Below are positions 7,946 through 16,927 of a stretch of 23,065 nucleotides of DNA, in pieces; position 1 is the first letter of the stretch; every line of letters starts with the position of its first letter. Below the pieces are notes generated by a model. That model ran no database searches. It saw only the letters and a program-made list of their open reading frames with translations, and was not told where the DNA came from. Origin of the DNA: Verrucomicrobiota bacterium (GTDB lineage: Bacteria; Verrucomicrobiota; Verrucomicrobiia; Limisphaerales; CANJXF01); the NCBI GenBank assembly GCA_038214755.1, contig JBBQRQ010000081.1, positions 1 to 23,065 of the forward strand. The letters are read 5' to 3'. The position numbers were made by a program, and so were the translations under genes.

Positions 7946-8212
7946 ATGAAAACCAACAAACTTGCTCCCATTCATCCCGGCGAAATTCTCCGCGAAGAAT
8001 TTATGAAGCCGCGCGACCTCTCGCAAAATGCGCTGGCCCGCGCGTTGAACGTCCCGCCGCGCCGCATCAATGAAATCGTCCTGGAAAAACGCGGCATTAC
8101 GGCGGATACGGCCTTGCGGCTGGCACGCTTCTTTGGCGTGAGCGCAGAAATCTGGACAGGTTTGCAGGCGGACTACGATTTGCGGCTGGCCCGCCATGAA
8201 ATGCAAAAGTAG
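7946..8212 (+). CDS. higA: HigA family antitoxin (XRE HTH), orphan, possibly prematurely terminated
   Basis: PIHPGEILREEF, RRINEI, ITADTALRLARFFG and WTGLQADYDL motifs. Confidence 0.92.
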   Translation: MKTNKLAPIHPGEILREEFMKPRDLSQNALARALNVPPRRINEIVLEKRGITADTALRLARFFGVSAEIWTGLQADYDLRLARHEMQK

Positions 8213-8339
8213 ATTGAGCGCGACGTTGAACCGCTGGCCGCGTTGCAATCGGCAATGGCGTGACGCGGTTTGACGCTCTTGCTGAAGAAGCCAAAAGTCA
8301 CGCGCGCCAAACACGCGGATGAAATGATTTAAATGTCCG

Positions 8340-8421
8340 CCGCAAAAGAACGCAGAGAACGCAAAAACCGTAGCGGCAGGCATCCTGCCTGCCGTAGAGC
8401 CGTGGCTTCCAGCCCGGCGGA
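8340..8421. repeat. Cluster of short repeats: three 9-nt units followed by a GTAG-type REP-like hairpin
   Basis: CGCAAAAGA ACGCAGAGA ACGCAAAAA (8341-8367), then GTAGCGGCAGGCATCCTGCCTGCCG (from 8370, stem CGGCAGGC/GCCTGCCG). Confidence 0.65.
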
Positions 8422-8564
8422 AAAAAGGCTCACATAAACTCGAACCGCTTCAAACTTCCGCACGCAACCAATGACACACTTTTGCTTTTGCTTTTCGTAA
8501 TCGATCACTAACAATTCAATCGGCTCGTGCGCTGTTCAACTACTACCCCAGACGCGTCGGTCGC

Positions 8565-8640
8565 GCCCCCTTAGCTCAAATGGATAGAGCAGCGGTTTCC
8601 TAAACCGTTGATCCCGGTTCAATTCCGGGAGGGGGTACCA
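8565..8640 (+). tRNA. tRNA-Arg (anticodon CCT)
   Basis: Acceptor GCCCCCT/AGGGGGT, D arm GCTC/GAGC, anticodon arm GCGGT-TTCCTAA-ACCGT, T arm with GGTTCAATTCC, encoded CCA. 76 nt. Confidence 0.97.
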
Positions 8641-8798
8641 TCTTCGGAAAAAGCTGTTCGGTAGCCTTATTTTTTTGACGCTATCATGAATCTTCAGGCT
8701 GGCGGAACGACTTTGAGTAACACGTCATTCCAGCGATTCACCATCGGTACCACCGGCACGAATCAGTTCTATCGCGCGCGCGGAAATTAAAATCGGCG

Positions 8799-8873
8799 CA
8801 GGAACGCCGATCTCCAGTTCGGCTCGTCGCAGTCCAGGAACGTCACGAGCCGATTGGGAAATCGGCGTTCCTG
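8799..8873. repeat. Inverted REP-like pair (family B), second copy
   Basis: CAGGAACGCCGATCTCCAGTTCGGCTCGT / ACGAGCCGATTGGGAAATCGGCGTTCCTG. Confidence 0.85.
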
Positions 8874-8944
8874 TTCGTAAATCCGTTTTGACCATCCAGA
8901 GAAAGATATTTGTGTCCCGCAAAATTTTTTGCCAATCTCGGCTC

Positions 8945-10099
8945 ATGCCCAATTCTCTTTCACGCCGCGACGCCATCAAAGGTGGGGTTGCCGCCGCCGC
9001 GCTCGCGTTTTCGCACTTTCCAGTTTCTGCTTTCGGTTTCGAGGAAACTGACCGTGGCGAAACGCTCATTCCATTTCTGGATCGTCTGCCCGCCAATCCC
9101 AATCGCGCGATGATTGATTGGGAAAAGCTCACGCACTGGTTGACGCCAAACGAAGATTTATTTTCCGTCAGTCATTACGGCGCGGCGAAAGTGGATTTGA
9201 ACGATTGGCGTCTCGAAATTTCCGGGCTGGTAAAAAAACCAAAAACTTTTTCACTCGACGAAATTAAATCGCGACGCCGAAAAGAAATCATCGCAACGCT
9301 GGAATGTTCCGGCAACGGTTCATCGCCCACTTTCATGGGAGCGGTCGGCAATGCGCGCTGGACCGGCACACCGCTCGGGCCGCTCTTGCGTGAATGCGGT
9401 CTGCGCAAAGAAGCGATGGAGGTCGTGTTCTTCGGCGGGGACGAGAAGACCGAGAAAATCAAAGAGCAGGATTACCTGCAAAATTTTGCGCGCAGCCTCT
9501 CCGTGCCCGATGCGTTGCAGGACAAAATTCTTTTGGCTTACGAAATGAACGGGCAGCCGCTGGCTCCCGGGCACGGCTTTCCGTTGCGGCTGATTGTGCC
9601 GGGATGGTACGGCGTGGCCTGGGTCAAATGGTTGAAACGAATCGAACTGCACGACCGTCGTTTCATGGGGCGATTCATGGCGCGCGATTACGTGACGATT
9701 CGCGGTGAAGCCAGACCCGATTGCACCGTCTGGCGCGAAACGAGTGTGACGCGACTGAATGTCAAATCCCTCGTCGCGCGCGTCGTGCGAAAAACGGACG
9801 GGTCGTTGCGCATCAGCGGAGCGGCGTGGACGGATGGAACGCCGCTACGCAAAGTGGAATTGAAAATCGACGACGGCGCGTGGCTCGCCACAAAACTGGA
9901 TCGAAAGCATCAGGCGAAATTTGGTTGGACGTTCTGGAGTTACGATTGGAAAAATCCGGCCACAGGCGAGCACGCTCTGGTTTCGCGCGCCGTCGATGAA
10001 AATGGAACCACCCAACCTGCGGCCGACGATCCGTTGATCGCGTTGAAAAAAACTTACTACGAAGCCAACCAGCAATTCCCGCGAAGAATTCGGGTGTGA
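8945..10099 (+). CDS. Sulfite oxidase family molybdoenzyme, Tat-exported
   Basis: SRRDAIK twin-arginine signal, ECSGN (Mo-Cys), NARWTG, AYEMNG...HGFPLRLIVPGWYG and VKWL motifs, C-terminal dimerisation domain (SRAVD). Start re-called to ATG 8945. Confidence 0.92.
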   Translation: MPNSLSRRDAIKGGVAAAALAFSHFPVSAFGFEETDRGETLIPFLDRLPANPNRAMIDWEKLTHWLTPNEDLFSVSHYGAAKVDLNDWRLEISGLVKKPKTFSLDEIKSRRRKEIIATLECSGNGSSPTFMGAVGNARWTGTPLGPLLRECGLRKEAMEVVFFGGDEKTEKIKEQDYLQNFARSLSVPDALQDKILLAYEMNGQPLAPGHGFPLRLIVPGWYGVAWVKWLKRIELHDRRFMGRFMARDYVTIRGEARPDCTVWRETSVTRLNVKSLVARVVRKTDGSLRISGAAWTDGTPLRKVELKIDDGAWLATKLDRKHQAKFGWTFWSYDWKNPATGEHALVSRAVDENGTTQPAADDPLIALKKTYYEANQQFPRRIRV

Positions 10100-10111
10100 G
10101 GCGCTTCGCGG

Positions 10112-10139
10112 TTGACATCAATCTCTCTGCGAATAATTT
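10112..10139 (+). promoter_or_regulatory. Putative sigma70 promoter of TA pair
   Basis: TTGACA-N16-TAATTT upstream of the antitoxin ATG at 10183. Confidence 0.45.
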
Positions 10140-10182
10140 GCTCCACTTCGATTGAAGGAAAGTTGGCGCACAGTTGACCGTC

Positions 10183-10380
10183 ATGACGAAAGCACTCGAA
10201 AAAGCATTTGAACAAGCCGCAAAACTTCCGACCCAGGATCAGAATGTCTTTGCCAATTTTCTCCTCGAAGAACTGACCTTTCGGGCTGCCGTTCAGGAAG
10301 GAATCGAAGCCGCTGATCGAGGTGACGTGGTGCCTTTGGAAGAAGTGAAAAAGATGATTCCCAAATGGGCTTCAAAATAG
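10183..10380 (+). CDS. Putative antitoxin
   Basis: 65 aa, acidic, EGIEAADRGDVVPLEEV motif, overlaps the downstream RelE/ParE gene. Confidence 0.7.
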   Translation: MTKALEKAFEQAAKLPTQDQNVFANFLLEELTFRAAVQEGIEAADRGDVVPLEEVKKMIPKWASK

Positions 10381-10667
10381 ATTTCACGAAGCCCGCCATT
10401 GTCGATCTCGGCGAACTCGTTGAATTCATTAGCCGAGACAACCCCTCTGCCGCCGAACAAACCGGTTACGCCATCATCGAGAAAGCCGAAAAGTTAAACA
10501 ACTTTCCGTTTCTGGGCCGCGTCGTGCCAGAGTTTAAAATCGAAACCATTCGCGAAATTATTTATCGACCGTATCGAATTGTTTATCGAGTGCGGGAAGA
10601 ACAGAAGATGATCGAAATTTTGAGGGTCTGGCACGCGGCGCGAGGGACACCGAGAATTTTTGAATGA
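10365..10667 (+). CDS. RelE/ParE family toxin
   Basis: FTKPAIVDL...ISRDNPSAA, FPFLGRVVPE, REII, YRIVYR and EILRVWHAAR motifs. Confidence 0.9.
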   Translation: MGFKIDFTKPAIVDLGELVEFISRDNPSAAEQTGYAIIEKAEKLNNFPFLGRVVPEFKIETIREIIYRPYRIVYRVREEQKMIEILRVWHAARGTPRIFE

Positions 10668-10669
10668 CC

Positions 10670-11140
10670 TCAACGATTCTCGGCTTTTCCAATCGAGGAT
10701 AACCACAGCGAACTTTCTGCTGGCGGCATCTCAGCAAACGTGATCTGCACATTATAAGTCTGACCTCGGACGAGCAACTCACTTAATCTTTCATTTCGGT
10801 TGGTGCGGTTCCACGTCAAGATGTAGCCGGTCAATCCTTCGTGAGTCAGCCAATTGCATGGTGTAACATCACGCGAATCAATCGGAATACGTGCAACAGC
10901 ATTCGTGCTTTGCCGCACGATTATTTCCCCACGAAACTCTGGAAGTTTGTCGGTCGATGGCATTCCGAGAACAATTTGATATGGCGGCCAATTCGAACAC
11001 GTCATCTGAAATCGCAACTCGTTTGTGGTGCAGTCAGCCAACTTTTGTTGTTTAGAAACGTCGGTGCAGAAGCAACCAACGGACAGAATAACTCCGACGA
11101 ATGCTGCCAAAGAAACTGTGAAGGAACATATTTGCTTCAT
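10670..11140 (-). CDS. Hypothetical exported protein / possible lipoprotein
   Basis: 156 aa, hydrophobic N-terminus ending LSVGC. Abuts the upstream gene. Confidence 0.6.
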   Translation of the reverse strand: MKQICSFTVSLAAFVGVILSVGCFCTDVSKQQKLADCTTNELRFQMTCSNWPPYQIVLGMPSTDKLPEFRGEIIVRQSTNAVARIPIDSRDVTPCNWLTHEGLTGYILTWNRTNRNERLSELLVRGQTYNVQITFAEMPPAESSLWLSSIGKAENR

Positions 11141-11617
11141 CTAGTTTTCCACCCGTTCAATGCGCAAAACTTGCGGGCCTTCCCAGCGCGCTTTGCGACA
11201 TTCCAAAGCGAACTTGTTCCAGTCGTATTTCCAATCGCCGGGGATGCGCGCGAACAAACTGCAGTGGGTCGGCACGCCTTCGTGCGCGCGCAACGTCACG
11301 CCGCGTCCGTAAACCAAAACAAGTTCCGCGACTGGTTTTTTCGCGCCGGCCGCGCCGGTGCCCGGGTCGTAGAAATAAAGCAGTTCGCCGGGCAGTGGCA
11401 GTTGCACGCGATTTTCTTCCCGGAGCGGCTGCGGATTTTCCAGCATCGCAAAAACTTCAAAGCCGGAATACATGCCGTGAATGACTCTGGTTTCGATGGG
11501 GAGAATTTTCCAAACATGTTCGCAAACGGCGGGCGCTTCGTCGTCGAGCATCTCGGCGAGAACGGATTCTCCGCTGGCAACAAAGGTCAAACGAATCTGG
11601 CGGCGTTTTGGATTCAT
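11141..11617 (-). CDS. DUF3830 family (cyclophilin-like fold) protein
   Basis: AEMLDDEAPAVC..VW..LP, HGMYSGFE, EN...PLPGELLY pattern. Confidence 0.75.
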   Translation of the reverse strand: MNPKRRQIRLTFVASGESVLAEMLDDEAPAVCEHVWKILPIETRVIHGMYSGFEVFAMLENPQPLREENRVQLPLPGELLYFYDPGTGAAGAKKPVAELVLVYGRGVTLRAHEGVPTHCSLFARIPGDWKYDWNKFALECRKARWEGPQVLRIERVEN

Positions 11618-12147
11618 AAGGATTTGAAAACGGGGTAAAGCAGCAGGGTCAGCGCGACAATGTCGAGGCCGATGAACATTTCGTAAATGACAAACTGCCA
11701 GAGCGCAATCGTTCCATCGGCGCGAACGGATTTTTGCACCCAGGCCTCCAAATCTTTTTTGATTTCAGCGACGACTTCGGGCGCGAGCCGCCACGGGAAG
11801 GCAAAATCGATTTCTGTGCCGGAAAATTTCGTGGCGTAAAACCCAAGCTCATCTTCGATCAACGACTTTTTGGCGAGCATTTGTAGATAATAAATTCGAT
11901 TTCGTTTTAGGATGTGACGCGCCACGACGGCAACGGACAGCGCCGCCAAAAGAAAAATCAACGAAAAAACTTTCGTGTAACGCGATGAACCAATTGCCGA
12001 CAAAAAGAGAACCAGATTCAACCAGAGATAAAATTGAAAACGCTTTGCCACCTCATCGCTGAGATGGCGCAAGTGGGCCAGGGACTCGCGCCAAATCTCC
12101 AGTTTTGTCGGATCGGTTTTTGCCAAATCGGGTTCTTGCATAATCAC
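11614..12147 (-). CDS. Hypothetical membrane protein
   Basis: 177 aa, about three hydrophobic segments, 4-bp overlaps with both neighbours. Confidence 0.65.
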   Translation of the reverse strand: MIMQEPDLAKTDPTKLEIWRESLAHLRHLSDEVAKRFQFYLWLNLVLFLSAIGSSRYTKVFSLIFLLAALSVAVVARHILKRNRIYYLQMLAKKSLIEDELGFYATKFSGTEIDFAFPWRLAPEVVAEIKKDLEAWVQKSVRADGTIALWQFVIYEMFIGLDIVALTLLLYPVFKSL

Positions 12148-12893
12148 ATCGCTGTCCAGCCGCCATCGACCGCGAGAACGGCGCCGGTGATGTAGGAGGA
12201 TTCATCAGAGGCGAGAAAAAGTGCGGCGCTCGCAACCTCACGCGGTTCACCAACGCGGCCCAAAAAAGTTTTGCTGATTTGTCGCGTGTGAAGTTCCGAG
12301 CCGGGTTCAGGCGAGATGCGCGTGCGGATTGCGCCGGGACAAATGGCGTTGGCGCGAATATTTTGCGCACCGTAATCGTAAGCGACGCTGCGAGTGAATC
12401 CTATCAAACCATGTTTGACGGTGGTGTAAGCAGCGGAGTTGCGACCGCCAACTAATCCTTGAACGGAACTGATATTAATGATGCTTCCACTTTTTTGCGG
12501 AGCCATGAATTTCAAAACTTCGCGAGTGAAAAATTGCGTTCCCATCAACGACACGCGAAAACATTTTTCCCATTCCTCATCGGGCGCGTCGCTGGAATTA
12601 TTCCATTTGGCGATGTAAGCGGCGTTATTGCACAAAATGTCGATGCGCCCGTTTTTCTCTGAAGCGCGTTTGACGGCGGCAGCAACTTCTTCGGCGGATG
12701 AAACATCGCAACGAACAAAAGTCGCGTCGCCACCTTTTTTGCGAATGGCCAACGCAGTGTTTTCTCCGGCGGTTTCGTCGAGGTCGGCGATGAAAACGCT
12801 CGCGCCTTCTTCGGCAAAAATTTTTGCGATGCTTTGTCCAATGCCATGCGCGGCTCCGGTGACGATGCCGATTTTATTTTTCAGTCGTGGCAT
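12144..12893 (-). CDS. Short-chain dehydrogenase/reductase (SDR)
   Basis: TGAAHGIG, NNAA, INISS, YTTVK, ICPG and VDGG motifs. Confidence 0.95.
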   Translation of the reverse strand: MPRLKNKIGIVTGAAHGIGQSIAKIFAEEGASVFIADLDETAGENTALAIRKKGGDATFVRCDVSSAEEVAAAVKRASEKNGRIDILCNNAAYIAKWNNSSDAPDEEWEKCFRVSLMGTQFFTREVLKFMAPQKSGSIINISSVQGLVGGRNSAAYTTVKHGLIGFTRSVAYDYGAQNIRANAICPGAIRTRISPEPGSELHTRQISKTFLGRVGEPREVASAALFLASDESSYITGAVLAVDGGWTAM

Positions 12894-12895
12894 TC

Positions 12896-13240
12896 TCAGT
12901 CCAAAAGGAGTGCTTTGAAACCCGCTTCTTTGAAATGTTTATCTTTTGACAAAGCCTCACTTAAGCCAAGTTCACGCATCACAACAAAACTCACACAATC
13001 AGTGAATGAATAGGGGTGGCCAGCATGGCGGAAAAAGAATTCTGTCGTTTTTGCAAAACGGTTTTTATCAGTCCATTCAATTTGAATTGCCTCGGATACG
13101 TTCAATTTATCGAAAAAAACTTTTAACAAATGTCCGTGTCCTTTCGCTTTAATCAACGTTGCCGTTTCATCGAGAACATAATCGGTGGTGACCAGCAATG
13201 CATAGAAGCCGCTGGTATCAACAAAAGTCTCACGCGCCAT
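12896..13240 (-). CDS. vapC: PIN-domain toxin (VapC family), apparently internally deleted
   Basis: FVDTSGFYAL, TTDYVLDET, SFTDCVSF and DKHF..AGF motifs. Only 114 aa. Confidence 0.85.
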   Translation of the reverse strand: MARETFVDTSGFYALLVTTDYVLDETATLIKAKGHGHLLKVFFDKLNVSEAIQIEWTDKNRFAKTTEFFFRHAGHPYSFTDCVSFVVMRELGLSEALSKDKHFKEAGFKALLLD

Positions 13241-13472
13241 AGACGAGCTTGTCCATCTCTTCGTTCGTCAAAGAATTTCCACCCTTGGCCGCGAGGTCGG
13301 TCAAAGAATAAAATGGATCTGCGGAAGTTTTTTTGTTCTGCGTTTGAGAAATCGGCTCAAGTCGCACCGCGGGTTTGCCGCGATATTTGATCACAACCGC
13401 TTCACCTTGCGCCACGCTTCGAATAATAAATTCTGTATGTTGTTTTAAGTCGAGCAAGGTGATGGATTTCAT
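13230..13472 (-). CDS. Phd/YefM family antitoxin
   Basis: ITLLDLKQH..II..V..GE.V.I..RGKPAVRLEP pattern. Overlaps vapC. Confidence 0.85.
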   Translation of the reverse strand: MKSITLLDLKQHTEFIIRSVAQGEAVVIKYRGKPAVRLEPISQTQNKKTSADPFYSLTDLAAKGGNSLTNEEMDKLVYGA

Positions 13473-13574
13473 GGCTTTAGTTTAACTTCCACGGATAACG
13501 CCGCAACTGGTTTTCTTTCCGTTTTGGGCACCGCCGTGCGCGCCACCGGTGAGATTTTCCTGAATAGACAAAAG

Positions 13575-13600
13575 ATCCGCCTCCTCACGTCGGCGGCTAC
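13575..13600 (-). repeat. GTAG-type REP-like unit (family A), solo copy
   Basis: ATCCGCCTCCTCACGTCGGCGGCTAC, identical to 2596-2621, lying 17 bp after the serine hydrolase stop. Confidence 0.85.
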
Positions 13601-13617
13601 AACTTATCAAATCCTTC

Positions 13618-14997
13618 CTAGCGAATTTTTTTGGCTTCCTGATCCACTCCATTTTGATGCAGGACAAGCGCACGCGTTTCGGTTTTGTTGGTGAGAAATG
13701 TCAGTTGCGCATCGACTACCTTGTAAAAAAATTCCGTTTCTGACTCGGGAAAAACTTCCAAGCTTTGTTGTCCCGTCAATTGGGCGAACAGGCGCTTTTC
13801 GTCGCGGGCGATGGTGAAAAAAATCTCCGGCGCCAATTCATATTTGCCGACGTATTTGTCGTAAATATCAAAATTAATTTTGGCCAGAGCGTGGGACGCG
13901 TCGTTTTTGGGCCCAGGCAATTTGAAATTGGAATTGAGTAAATGCCGGCCAATGAAATCGATGTCGTTCGCCGAATTTGCCAAGACGACTACGCCACGAT
14001 GTTTTTCTTTATCGAGTCCGACAAACGAGTGATAGCCCCCGGTCGCGCCATTGTGAAACAGAAATTCCGAGCCGAAAATTTTATGCACGTGCCAGCCCAG
14101 GCCAATCTCCATTTTTGGATTTCCAGCAGGCCGTTGCGCAATGTGGGTTTTCGCCATCGTTTTTGAAAGCGGTGAATCGTTCAGCCCCAAATTGGCGGCG
14201 AGATATTTCAGCATATCGTTGGCGGTGGAACGTAACGCGCCGGCGCCAGCGAAGGTTGGCAGGTCCCAGTTATGCACCGAATTTCCCTTTTTGTCGTGGC
14301 CGACGGCGAGACGTTTTTTCATTCCGGACGTGAGAATAATCCGCGTGCTGTTCATTTTGAGCGGATCGCAAATTTCTTTAACGACAAGCGCCTCGTAGTT
14401 GGTGCCTGCTTTCAAAGAGAGAATGTGACCGAGCAAACCAACGCCGAGATTGGAATATTCATATTTGGAGCCGATCTCGCGCCGCAACTTATGCTCGGAA
14501 ATAAAATCATACATCTGTTGAACCGAGTAATCGGCGTAAGGATTCGTCCTGTCGCTCGGCGCAAAATTATCCGGCATTCGCGGTAATCCGGAAGTGTGGG
14601 TCGCGAGATCGCGCAACGTGATTTGTTTTCCGTTTCGCGAAGAGAGAGTGACGGATTTCGGCAGAAACTTTTGCGCTGGATCATCGAGACTTAACTCGCC
14701 GCGCCCAACCATTTTTTCGAGCAAGCAGGCGGTGAAGGTTTTCGTCACCGAACCGATTTCAAACACGGTCTCGCCATTCACGTCGCGGGTGGAATCGTGC
14801 TCGGGTTTTCCGTAGCTGATAACTTTGCGGCCGCTTTCGTCAATGACTCCGACCACAATGCCCGGCGCGAGTTTCTGCTTCTCCACGGCGTTCTGGAGAA
14901 TTTTTTGGATTTCAGATTCGGCCGGAATTGCTTCCGCGAAAATGCGTCCGGTTTGCCAAAGGAACAGAAGCAAACTGATCGCGATTCTTTTTCTCAT
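13618..14997 (-). CDS. Serine hydrolase (class C beta-lactamase/AmpH-like) with C-terminal DUF3471-like domain
   Basis: Signal peptide, FEIGSVTK (SxxK), LATHTSGL, YSN and HNG motifs, then YVGKY...LFAQLTGQ...ESETEFF. Confidence 0.9.
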   Translation of the reverse strand: MRKRIAISLLLFLWQTGRIFAEAIPAESEIQKILQNAVEKQKLAPGIVVGVIDESGRKVISYGKPEHDSTRDVNGETVFEIGSVTKTFTACLLEKMVGRGELSLDDPAQKFLPKSVTLSSRNGKQITLRDLATHTSGLPRMPDNFAPSDRTNPYADYSVQQMYDFISEHKLRREIGSKYEYSNLGVGLLGHILSLKAGTNYEALVVKEICDPLKMNSTRIILTSGMKKRLAVGHDKKGNSVHNWDLPTFAGAGALRSTANDMLKYLAANLGLNDSPLSKTMAKTHIAQRPAGNPKMEIGLGWHVHKIFGSEFLFHNGATGGYHSFVGLDKEKHRGVVVLANSANDIDFIGRHLLNSNFKLPGPKNDASHALAKINFDIYDKYVGKYELAPEIFFTIARDEKRLFAQLTGQQSLEVFPESETEFFYKVVDAQLTFLTNKTETRALVLHQNGVDQEAKKIR

Positions 14998-15004
14998 GAT
15001 AATT

Positions 15005-15880
15005 TCAAAGTGGTGTTGGGCGGGGCTTTAATATTTTTTTTGATTGCTGATTGGCGAGGGGCTGGCCTTTGATTCCGACGCGGGCGCGAGTGATCGTGGT
15101 TCGCGCCAGGTTCGCAAAAAAAAGTTCGTCAAAATCTTTTCCGCCAAAAGCCATATTGGTCGGGCTGCCGAGGAGAATGGCGTTGCGATCCCAGGCGAAC
15201 AAAGTTTTTTCGCGCGAGGGGGTGATGCGCCAGATTTCGTCGGAGGCATAACAACAGACATAAAGGTTTCCTTCAGCGTCCATCGTGAGGCCATCGGGAA
15301 AGCGTCCGCATTCGGTAGCGTAAATTTCAGGATGGCTGACGGAACCATCACTGCGAATTTCAAAGCGGAAAACGGAATCAGTGTTGCTCTCCACCATGAA
15401 CAAGTTTTTTTCATTCGCGCTCAACGCAAGTCCATTGGCGTAACCCAGTGGGCCAACGAGAATTTCGCCTTTACCATCGGGTGTGAAACGGAGCAGAAAG
15501 CCGTTGTTCTTTTTCCAGTTGCCGGAATCGGTGATGTAATAATTCCCAGCGGAATCAAACACGCCATAGTTCGGGCAAATGATTTTCTGTTCGCCAATGT
15601 GGGTTGCGAAGATTTCAAATTCTCCACTCGGTTGGACGCGGACAATTCCGAGCGCGGGATTGCCGACAAACAATTCGTCGTTCGGCGAAAAGGCGAGGCC
15701 GGCGCAGAAACCGCCGAGCGTGGTGACGAGTTGAACTTTTCCATGTGGCGGGATGCGATAAATTTGTCCCGCTTCGCCGCCCGCCCAAAGATCGCCATGT
15801 CGATCAAAGGCGAGGCATTCGGGATGATCGAGGCCATTGGCAAAAATGGCGAATCGTTCGATGGGAATTTCCGGGATCAT
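15005..15880 (-). CDS. SMP-30/gluconolactonase family beta-propeller
   Basis: HPEC, CPNY, YANGLA, FPDGLTMD and PTNMAFGG motifs. Start ATG 15880 or TTG 15889. Confidence 0.9.
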   Translation of the reverse strand: MIPEIPIERFAIFANGLDHPECLAFDRHGDLWAGGEAGQIYRIPPHGKVQLVTTLGGFCAGLAFSPNDELFVGNPALGIVRVQPSGEFEIFATHIGEQKIICPNYGVFDSAGNYYITDSGNWKKNNGFLLRFTPDGKGEILVGPLGYANGLALSANEKNLFMVESNTDSVFRFEIRSDGSVSHPEIYATECGRFPDGLTMDAEGNLYVCCYASDEIWRITPSREKTLFAWDRNAILLGSPTNMAFGGKDFDELFFANLARTTITRARVGIKGQPLANQQSKKILKPRPTPL

Positions 15881-16004
15881 GGATGGCAACTCTACGACAC
15901 ATCTATGGAGTAAATTTCCGGCCCTTCAAGCCTGAGTTTTGCGCGCGAAAAATTAGAGAAATCACCAGCGAAATCAACAGGGTTGACGCAACTGATTTTA
16001 CGGT

Positions 16005-16053
16005 TCTCATTAAACACTGCGGCCTTGGCGCTAGACCCGCGGTGTTAATGAGA
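16005..16053. repeat. Short inverted repeat related to the MITE-internal palindrome
   Basis: TCTCATTAAACACTGCGG / CCGCGGTGTTAATGAGA, compare TCTCATTAGCACCCGG / CCGGGTGCTAATGAGA inside the MITE. Confidence 0.65.
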
Positions 16054-16240
16054 GAATGCGCCTGACAGAATTAGAGGCGTCGCCCGGAGCGGGAACATTG
16101 CTGGGATAGGAATTCGATTTAATAAACGAGACTTAGACGGTTTTTGTCCAGGACGGAGCCGCACAGTTGCGCTTAATCAGTTTTCTGTGCGGGGGCCAAT
16201 TTATATAATGGATCGGTGTAGAAATATCGTCAGGTGAGCC

Positions 16241-16927
16241 ATGTCGTTGAACCCAAAAATTATCGAATTGCGCCAGCTTTTGTCTGAGCGATTCCCCGGC
16301 GCGCGCTTCTCGGCGGACGCTGCGGCAAGACTCCACGCAGTTTGGCCGACGGGCATCGCGCAAATCGACGAGTTGCTGCAAGGTGGTCTGCCCAAAAGCG
16401 GAATCATCGAGGTGGTCAATGGCAGAAAAAATTCAGGGAGCGCGCTGTTTATTTCGGCCTTACTAAAAAAAGGCGCGTCGGAAAATCAAATCATCACGCT
16501 GATCGACGGGCAGGATTCGTTCGATCCGGGCGCATTTGAAAAAGAAACGTTGTCACGCTTGCTCTGGGTGCGTTGCAAAAATGCCGAGCAAGCGATGAAA
16601 GCCGTGGATTTGATTTTGCGCGACCGAAACTTGCCCTTGGTTTTGCTCGATCTGGCGCTGAATCCCCTGAAGCAACTTCGTAAAATCCCGTCATCCACGT
16701 GGTATCGACTGCAGCGAATTGCTGAATCGAGTTCCACCATTTTTGTCGCGGTCACACCGCAGGCGATGGTGGGTTGCGCGCAGGTGCGTCTTAATTTGCA
16801 CAGTCGTTTTACTTTGGAAGATTCGGACACGAGGCAAGATGAACTCCTCGATAAATTAAGAATTGAGCTGGCGCAATATCGCTTGCACCTCGGCGATGTT
16901 CTTGAAGAAAAAGCGGAGGCGGGCTGA
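16241..16927 (+). CDS. imuA: ImuA-like RecA-fold accessory protein
   Basis: PTGIAQIDELLQGGLPK, degenerate Walker A (GRKNSGS), IDGQDSFDP, RLLWVR and RLQR motifs. TGATG coupling to imuB. TATAAT at 16204-16209. Confidence 0.85.
   Translation: MSLNPKIIELRQLLSERFPGARFSADAAARLHAVWPTGIAQIDELLQGGLPKSGIIEVVNGRKNSGSALFISALLKKGASENQIITLIDGQDSFDPGAFEKETLSRLLWVRCKNAEQAMKAVDLILRDRNLPLVLLDLALNPLKQLRKIPSSTWYRLQRIAESSSTIFVAVTPQAMVGCAQVRLNLHSRFTLEDSDTRQDELLDKLRIELAQYRLHLGDVLEEKAEAG

Noticed and set aside
269..8212. Amber recoding suggested by two TAGs at apparently internal positions (269-271, 8210-8212)
   Set aside because: Several intact genes end properly at TAG (glutathione peroxidase, DUF3830, serine hydrolase), and the first case lies in the foreign fragment.
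15044..15913. Long antisense ORFs such as 15044-15913(+), 10841-11638(+) and 1265-1765(+)
   Set aside because: They overlap well-supported genes on the opposite strand and show no recognisable motifs.
15890..16240. LexA/SOS box upstream of imuA
   Set aside because: No convincing match by eye to TGTTC-N4-GAACA, CTGT-N8-ACAG or GAAC-N4-GTTC; only TATAAT and a loose CCGCACAG/CTGTGCGG inverted repeat.
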